From Nitrospirales bacterium (GTDB taxonomy: Bacteria; Nitrospirota; Nitrospiria; Nitrospirales; UBA8639), in contig CBDBCZ010000019.1 in the NCBI GenBank assembly GCA_965203295.1, positions 2,720,001 through 2,784,000 of the forward strand: a stretch of 64,000 nt of DNA, read 5' to 3'. A model generated the notes under the pieces. That model had not been told where the DNA came from. It saw only the letters and a program-made list of their open reading frames with translations, and ran no database searches. The translations under genes were made by a program, and so were the position numbers. Shown one piece after another: positions 57,767 through 64,000 of this stretch (within the stretch, counting starts at the first letter, position 1; every line of letters starts with the position of its first letter).

Positions 57767-59583
57767 ATGGCAGTCCCTCTCATATTTGGACTCCTCACTT
57801 TTTGTTTGTCTATTTTCACCCCATCGACCCATTGGGCTGGAGAGACACCTGCCTCTAAAAAACCCCTTCTGGAAGATTCCCTGGATATTCAGGATGACAT
57901 ACGCTTTCTTCAGGAGGAAACCGTTTCGATCGCTGTCCAGCACGAGCAACCGATTTCTGAAGCACCCTCAAATTTATATGTAATTACCGACGAAGATATT
58001 CGTAAGTCAGGAGCCATTGATCTCCCTACGGTGCTCCGTCGAGTCCCAGGAATGGAGGTCATTCAAATGGCTGGGGCGGATTTTAATGTGAGTGTACGGG
58101 GAAACATTCAGCTTAGGGCCAATAAACTTTTGGTGATGGTCGACGGACGGTCTATCTATTTAGATGTCCAAGGTGAGGTATTGTGGAAAGCGATCCCGGT
58201 CACCCTTCCGGAAATCAAACGGATCGAGGTCCTCAAGGGGCCAGCTTCCGCCTTGTACGGGCTCAACGCATTTGACAGCATTATCAATATCATTACGAAA
58301 TCTCCGGAGGAGATGATCGGTATAATGGACCCATAGTCGATACCCTCGTAATTGACCAAGAGCCCTCAACCGGCTATGTCTATGGAGGTTTTGAGCGAGA
58401 AGACTTCTTTATTCTCGCCTGGTGGACCCGCTATACTCAGCCCTCTATCAACAACGTAAACCCCTTAATTGCGGCAAACTTTACCGTCCTTGACAAGACC
58501 GGGACGACAATCAATGAAACCCTGAAGGCGAATTCCACGAATATCGATGTTCAACATACCCTGAAGTTTGGGACGACCAATCGACTCACGTATGGGGCGA
58601 ACTATCGGCATAATCAGGTATCAAGCAATTTCCTGGACGGCGATGGGCGTGAAGATCGGTTGGGACTCTATGTGCAAGACGAATGGAAGGCCACGAAAAA
58701 CCTCACAGCGGTCGCGGGCTTGCGGTTCGATATGGATAGTTTTATCAACCAGACCTATAGTCCGCGATTTTTCCTGGTATTCAAGCCGGTTCGAGACCAC
58801 ACATTTCGGTCGAGTGTGTCAGTGGCCCATCGTTCTCCGACCATCTTTGAGACCCGGAAATTATCACTTGGCAGAGCGTTTATTCCACCGGAACGACCCT
58901 CCAATACGAGGTTTTTTGGGTCTCACGACTTGGGTACCGAGAAAATCACCTCTTACGAACTCGGCTATCAAGGCTGGTTCTTTCGCCATAGGATAAGGGC
59001 TCGACTCGATCTTTTCTTCAATCACATTACGGACTTAATTGGAAACGGTCCAGTAAACTCTTTCAATCCTACTATCAACACCTTTCATAATGGGTCTCGT
59101 CCAACTGAAGGAGGAGGCGTAGCCGACATTTACGGGTTTGAGACAGGGGTTGAATTTCTTGTGAATCCATGGCTGACAGGATTTTCTAATTATGCCTATC
59201 AAGAGATTGGGCAAACTTATAGCACTCTCAGCACGGTTAGACGAGGCGCACCTCTTTTTAAAATGAACGGAGGACTGCGAGCAGATCTTGAGAACGGTCT
59301 GAATGGGGAGGCGGTGCTTCATTATGTGGGATCTGCCCGCTATAATATTAGTCCGGCCTTCGCATCTTTCTTATTCCCTCCTGACGTTCCGCCGGATACT
59401 CGGGTGGGGAGTTACTTTCTTCTGAATTTGCGGGGCGGGTATCGTTTTTGGAAAGTAGACGGCAAGGATAGGGCGGAGTTTGCGTTATCTGTTTTCAACG
59501 CCCTGAATGACAAACATAAGGAGCACCCTTTAGGGGAAGTTATTAAGAGTCGAGTGATGGGCTGGCTGACCATCAAACTCTGA
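57767..59583 (+). pseudogene. TonB-dependent receptor, frameshift/probable deletion after plug
   Basis: Plug (VIT.EDI..SGA..L..VPG, VDGR, IKRIEVLKGPAS.LYG); barrel resumes in another frame at 58321, open to 59583. Confidence 0.85.
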
Positions 59584-59732
59584 CGGTTTGTATCTTGATA
59601 CAAAATACAACCTGCGTTGTGCCTATGAAAATGGACATCCAGAATCACTATCAAGCAAGCCTTAATCACTATCAAGCAAGCCTTGGAGCCAGGCCTCGGC
59701 GGGGATGACCTCCTTCCCAACCCTTTTCAGGC

Positions 59733-59770
59733 GTATCTAAATTGGAAACAAAAAGTATCTGATCAGATAC
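59733..59770. promoter_or_regulatory. Tandem operator/enhancer upstream of RiPP precursor
   Basis: GTATCTAAATTGGAAAC (59733) and perfect palindrome GTATCTGATCAGATAC (59755-59770). Confidence 0.7.
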
Positions 59771-60068
59771 AATTTTAAACAAAGACGATATTTATTCACT
59801 GTGTATTCCTCATGAAATAATCATAAGTTAATGAAAATACTAGAATTATATATTTGTTTCCAACCCAATCTTTTTTTATGCTACCAGCATGATTTTTGCA
59901 GTATTTCAATTTAGTTCGTTCCTCATCGACCATTTGTTTGAGGGTAAGCGTTCCTTAGCAATTTGCGAGTGAAAGTCGGTCATTTCTAAAATAGATTATG
60001 ATAATAATGTACATTTTTCGTTGATCGGGAAAGGCAGAAACCGTTTTCAATCTTATGGAGGACCCATT

Positions 60069-60245
60069 ATGGCCAATCAAAGTCATACAGATAAAGAAAC
60101 AAGCTTTTCCATAACGGAAGTCCAATCGATCGCTGATTGCGTTGTAGATTCAGGATTTAGCAAAGAATTCAGCCCGAAAGAACATCCCATGGCTTGCTGC
60201 TGTTGCTATGGCTCTGCTGTCGCGGTTATTCCGGATGAGGAATAG
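60069..60245 (+). CDS. Putative azol(in)e RiPP precursor peptide (58 aa)
   Basis: GGAGG RBS then MANQSHTDKETSFSITEVQSIADCVVDSGFSKEFSPKEHPMACCCCYGSAVAVIPDEE; directly upstream of E1-like, YcaO and SagB genes. Confidence 0.8.
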   Translation: MANQSHTDKETSFSITEVQSIADCVVDSGFSKEFSPKEHPMACCCCYGSAVAVIPDEE

Positions 60246-60383
60246 CCCTAGGCATAGTTTTTATTTTCTAACATGTTGCATCTTTTAGTTATATGCAACC
60301 CACTGGTTGGTGAACCCCGTGACATCCCGGTTCGATCTTCGGGGCCTCCAACTCAAAATGAGAGCGTACCTATCGTATAGGAC

Positions 60384-61478
60384 ATGCGTATGATGGAATA
60401 TTCTGATAATTCCAAAAAACTCCGGGCTTTGCCTTTTCAGATTATTGAACTGCCTACGGGAGTCCTTATCAAACGGGGATGCGCTGTTTTAAAAGTGAGT
60501 GGTGAGGGCGCTTCATCTGCCGTCCATACTATTCTATCAGCCCTCACGACAAGGCCATCGACGTATGAGGAGATTGCTGATCGATTTGCCGAACCCGAAC
60601 GGAATATGGTGAGGCAGCTTATTCAGAAGCTAGTTGCCAAGCATCTCATTGTGAACGGGAATGAGTCAGCCGTTTCTATCAATGGTAAGGAAGGCAGTTT
60701 GGAGATTTTTTATTGGCAGTTTGGTGAAAACACCGCTCAAATAACAAACCGGCTAAACACCACGTCAATTGCCATTTTGGGCGTGAATTGCGTTTCCAGG
60801 CAACTGGCTTCTTCTCTTATCGAGTCAGGGTTCTAAACCATAGAGGTCATAGATTACCCCCTCCTCAGAAATATCCGGCTGTTTGACGAAAAGGGAGAAC
60901 TGCAAGGGTCCCAATGGCCTCTTGACAAAACCCCTCAGAACTTCAACGAATGGTCTGGCCATTCCCACACTGAAACTTTCGACTGCTTGGTGGCCACTTC
61001 TGATTTCGACGGGCAATTCTTATTCTGTGAATGGAACAACTTTTGTGTTGAGAATCAAAAGCCATTCCTCCCGGTCATGCTTCAGGATGGAGTGGGGCAG
61101 GTAGGTCCCTTTGTCATTCCTGGCGAAACAGCTTGCTATCAATGCCTTCTGGCACGCTAAGACAGCCACAGGAGAGACCGAGACTCGTCGAAATTCATAG
61201 ATGAAGCGTCATTTGAGGGGCAAACCGTTGTAGGGTTTCACCCATCAATGGCATCCATCCTTGGTGATATTGCTGCGGTTGAGCTGACTAAATTCTATGG
61301 AGGCCGTCTTCCAGGATGGAATGTGGGGACCCTGATTGAGGTGAACCTGCTCTCATCCAGAATGACTCCCCGAAAGGTCTTAAAAGTCCCGCGTTGTCAT
61401 GTTTGCAGCCCGTTGCTTGTCAAAGCTTCAATGAACCCCAGTCAGAGTTTCCTTTCTTATGCGTCATCTACTCAGTAG
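60384..61478 (+). pseudogene. TOMM leader-binding/E1(ThiF)-like cyclodehydratase partner, two nonsense codons
   Basis: Single frame of 365 codons with TAA at 60834 and 61158; wHTH/RRE-like N-terminus, GPFVIPGETACYQC, KVPRCHVC. Confidence 0.82.
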
Positions 61479-61487
61479 AACCACAAG

Positions 61488-62820
61488 ATGGTCCGTACTT
61501 CTTCTTCCCTCCGACGATTGCTCGATATTGTGGACTACCTTGTGGATGATCGGGTTGGTGTTATTCGCCATGTAGGTGAAATTCCCCGCGAGGCAGGGGC
61601 GCCAGACTTTTTCCACTTTCATGCCCAAGCCTGCGACACTTCCGCTTTTTGCCACCAAAAGAACTTCTCGAATACAGGAGGGGCCTCAACCAATCGCGGG
61701 AGAGCCATGGCCAAAGCCATTGGCGAGGCGATTGAACGGTATTGTGCGGCTATTTTCGACAAGGCAGACTTTCCTTTAACAAGTTTTACGAGCGCACAAT
61801 TTCATTGCATCCCGCCACATGAGTTTGCTCTGTACAGTTCCTCCCAATATAGCCGATCAGGCTTTCCCTATCTTCTCTTTGAAGAAACGACTCCTGTCCG
61901 CTGGACTCCAATGATCGATCCTCTGAAGGAAGAACCCTTATTTGTTCCGGCAAGCATGGTGTATATCCCTTACTCTTATGACACAACCGCGGGAGAGCAT
62001 CCGATTGCACAACCCATTTCAACTGGTCTTGCCTGCCATTGCAGTTGGGAAGAGGCCGCAATGTCAGCCATCGCTGAGGTCATAGAACGAGATGCCTTTA
62101 CGATAACATGGCAAGCCCGTTTGGGAATGCCTCATGTTCGCCTTGACTCCTTAAGCTTCGAAAACCGTGATCTTGTGGATCGATTTGAACGCACCGGCCA
62201 TTCGGTCCATGTTTTGAATATCACGCTGGATCATGGAATTCCCACGATCTTGTCGGTTCTCCAAAGCCAGGCTCCTGAGTTACCTGCTATGGTTTTTGCT
62301 GCTGCGGCTGCATTAAATCCTGAAGATGCTGTCCGAAGAAGTCTGGAAGAATTAGCTCATACCCGTCGGTTGGCAGTGAGTCTCATGTCCACTCGCCCTC
62401 CGTTCGTTCCGACTCCTGATCATGAAAATATCCAGGACCAAAGTCATCATGTCCATCTGTATTGCAATCAGGAGAATGTACCGCTGACTCGGTTTATATT
62501 TTCGTCAGAGCGCTGGATCGATTTTGAGGAGATTCCTGATTTCTCTACGGGTGATCCTAAGAAAGATTTATCAATTTACCTTCACAGAGTTGAATCGGTT
62601 CAGCATCGTGTCTTGCTAGCTGATTTGACCACACCAGATATCAAAGACCTAGGCCTTTCTGTGGTCCGAGCCGTCATCCCAGGGTTTCACCCCCCTGTTT
62701 ATGGGACATGTCTTGCGAGCATTAGGAGGCAGGCGTTTATTGGAAGTTCCTCAAACCCTTGGATATGAAGGGATAACACGGGAAAACGGCGACAATCACT
62801 TTGCTCACCCCTATCCTTAA
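61488..62820 (+). CDS. ycaO: YcaO-family cyclodehydratase; frameshift at C-run near C-terminus
   Basis: KAIGEAIERY, STGLAC, EVIERDA, RSLEE, DLTTPDI..VVRAVIPG; after C-run at ~62690 second frame ends ..HFAHPYP-stop (PxP terminus). Confidence 0.9.
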
Positions 62821-62892
62821 AGATCAACTCTTTTCAAAAGCTTAAGTTTTTCTTTTCCTATACTTTTAGGAATACGCGCCAAACGGTCAGAT

Positions 62893-63053
62893 AGGCTGTT
62901 CAAACAGGCCTGCGGGCAACCGAACCCTCGCTTCAGTTCTTTGTATCCTGCTAAGCCACTACAGCGTCTGCCGAGCTTCCGCCGCCGAAGTTCCCCTTAG
63001 GCTACGAAGGCGGGAGCCCTGCTTAGGCTGGCGGCCTTTTTAACAATCTGCTA
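62893..63053. mobile_element. MITE/REP-like element, same family as 30873 and 34614
   Basis: Left AGGCTGTTCAAACAGGCC; reverse complement of right end TAGCAGATTGTTAAAAAGGCCGCCAGCC. Confidence 0.65.
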
Positions 63054-63063
63054 AAGTTCAACC

Positions 63064-63867
63064 ATGGTACAACCCGCTTGGCAAGACATTTTCCTTTCTC
63101 CTGGGAACCCAGATCATACATGGGAACTCTTTCACGAAAATTCCAAACTCACTCGTTACGCAAAACCTCCGACTGATGAAGAGGTCCTCTCTAAAATGAG
63201 AGACCTGCATCATTCTTTGCCATTCGAAGGGTACCCCGTTATCGAATTGCCACGGTCTTTGTCTTCTTTGAATCTTTTCCTGGATGATGCCATGATCAAG
63301 CGCTCGTCCACACTGGATTTGATTCCCTCATCCCTTTCGCTCCGAGACATTGCCACCCTTTTTCATCATGCCTACGGAGTCACGCGACATAATGAAGGAA
63401 CCACCTTCCCTCGCCCTTTTCGTACGGTCCCTTCTGCCGGTGCTCTTTATCCTCTTGAACTTTTTTTCCACACGGTCTCAGTGGATGGACTTTCACCGGG
63501 TCTTTACCACTATAATCCTGCTAAACACCATCTTCGGTTACTTCGGGAAGGGAACCTCACTTCTCAAGTTTCCCAATATCTGGTCCAGCCGGAGGTCGCT
63601 CATAAGGCCTCATTGCAAATTTTTTTAACGGCTGTTTTTGAACGGTCTATTTTTAAATATGGGGACCGAGGCTACCGTTTCGTGTTGTTAGAAGCCGGCC
63701 ATGTGGCTCAAAACATTAATTTAGTGTGTACTGCCATGGATTTAGCCTGCATCAACATTGGCGGGTTCTTAGATCGTCAACTTGACGATTTTTTAGGTTT
63801 GGATGGTCTGACCCATTCTACGATTTACACAGCCATAGTCGGACAGAGGAAGCCTGAAACCAAGTAG
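63064..63867 (+). CDS. SagB/ThcOx-family FMN azoline dehydrogenase
   Basis: FHENSK, KRSS, PSAGALYPLE, GLYHYNP..H.L, YGDRGYRFVLLEAGHVAQN; intact. Confidence 0.9.
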   Translation: MVQPAWQDIFLSPGNPDHTWELFHENSKLTRYAKPPTDEEVLSKMRDLHHSLPFEGYPVIELPRSLSSLNLFLDDAMIKRSSTLDLIPSSLSLRDIATLFHHAYGVTRHNEGTTFPRPFRTVPSAGALYPLELFFHTVSVDGLSPGLYHYNPAKHHLRLLREGNLTSQVSQYLVQPEVAHKASLQIFLTAVFERSIFKYGDRGYRFVLLEAGHVAQNINLVCTAMDLACINIGGFLDRQLDDFLGLDGLTHSTIYTAIVGQRKPETK

Positions 63868-63875
63868 TCTCACCG

Positions 63876-64000
63876 CTAAACATTCTCCGACTCCTCACCC
63901 TTTACCAGACCTTCGGAAATCTGCTTCTGCTTCATTAATCGGAAAAAATAACTTCGTTGAAGCTGCAGGATTTCAGCGGCTTTTGTTCGGTGTCCATTGG
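63876..64000 (-). CDS. C-terminal Fis-type HTH, probably of a sigma-54 activator (partial)
   Basis: Manual translation NGHRTKAAEILQLQRSYFFRLMK..stop. Confidence 0.7.
   Translation of the reverse strand, partial: NGHRTKAAEILQLQRSYFFRLMKQKQISEGLVKGEESENV

Noticed and set aside
13747..59684. Short direct repeats as CRISPR arrays
   Set aside because: Always two adjacent copies with no spacers, each with a different sequence; no cas genes.
59674..59692. Minus-strand sigma-54-like TGGCTCCAAGGCTTGCT
   Set aside because: GG-GC spacing is 11 rather than 10, and there is no downstream gene on that strand.
60021..60068. TTG start giving a 74-aa precursor
   Set aside because: The ATG at 60069 has a well-spaced GGAGG RBS and is the better start.
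3585..61160. Stop-codon reassignment or Sec/Pyl read-through explaining the in-frame stops
   Set aside because: All three stop types occur, they replace different residues, the same codons end normal genes, and they co-occur with frameshifts and deletions.
34239..62696. Programmed frameshifting or phase variation at homopolymers (34239 G-run, 44201 T-run, 62690 C-run)
   Set aside because: Cannot be distinguished from decay or sequencing indels, and no stimulatory structure was identified.

Overview
A 64 kb bacterial window with no rRNA, tRNA or CRISPR array detected. Gene content (giant MnxG-like multicopper oxidase, DUF3365 heme protein, many USP/Hsp20 genes, sigma-54 systems, group 3b [NiFe]-hydrogenase, pentapeptide protein, characteristic intergenic repeats) suggests Nitrospirota/Nitrospirales; this is an inference. 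In order: MBL hydrolase, VOC protein and hemD; a copper/heme redox cluster (CopD-like remnant, Crp/Fnr, DUF3365, Cu-type periplasmic protein, ~1600-aa MCO); a long sigma-54-driven stress island (5 USPs, 2 Hsp20, pncB, NfeD/FloA, PPi-PFK, CPA2, CDF, PAS kinase/NtrC-type regulator, LOG, beta-CASP); hydBGDA with protease, hypA and hypF; a TA pair, AGCS symporter and IS remnants; an SBP-HK-RR-TonB receptor module; and a YcaO/SagB azol(in)e RiPP cluster with a 58-aa Cys4 precursor (..MACCCCYGSAVAVIPDEE). The best novel-system candidate is this RiPP cluster, which shares a tandem GTATCT-N4-AGATAC operator and sigma-54-like promoter layout with the neighbouring RR/TonB-receptor unit. Many genes are broken by in-frame nonsense codons, 10-26 bp tandem duplications, internal deletions and frameshifts. 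This looks largely like real genome decay, but assembly error cannot be excluded without reads.
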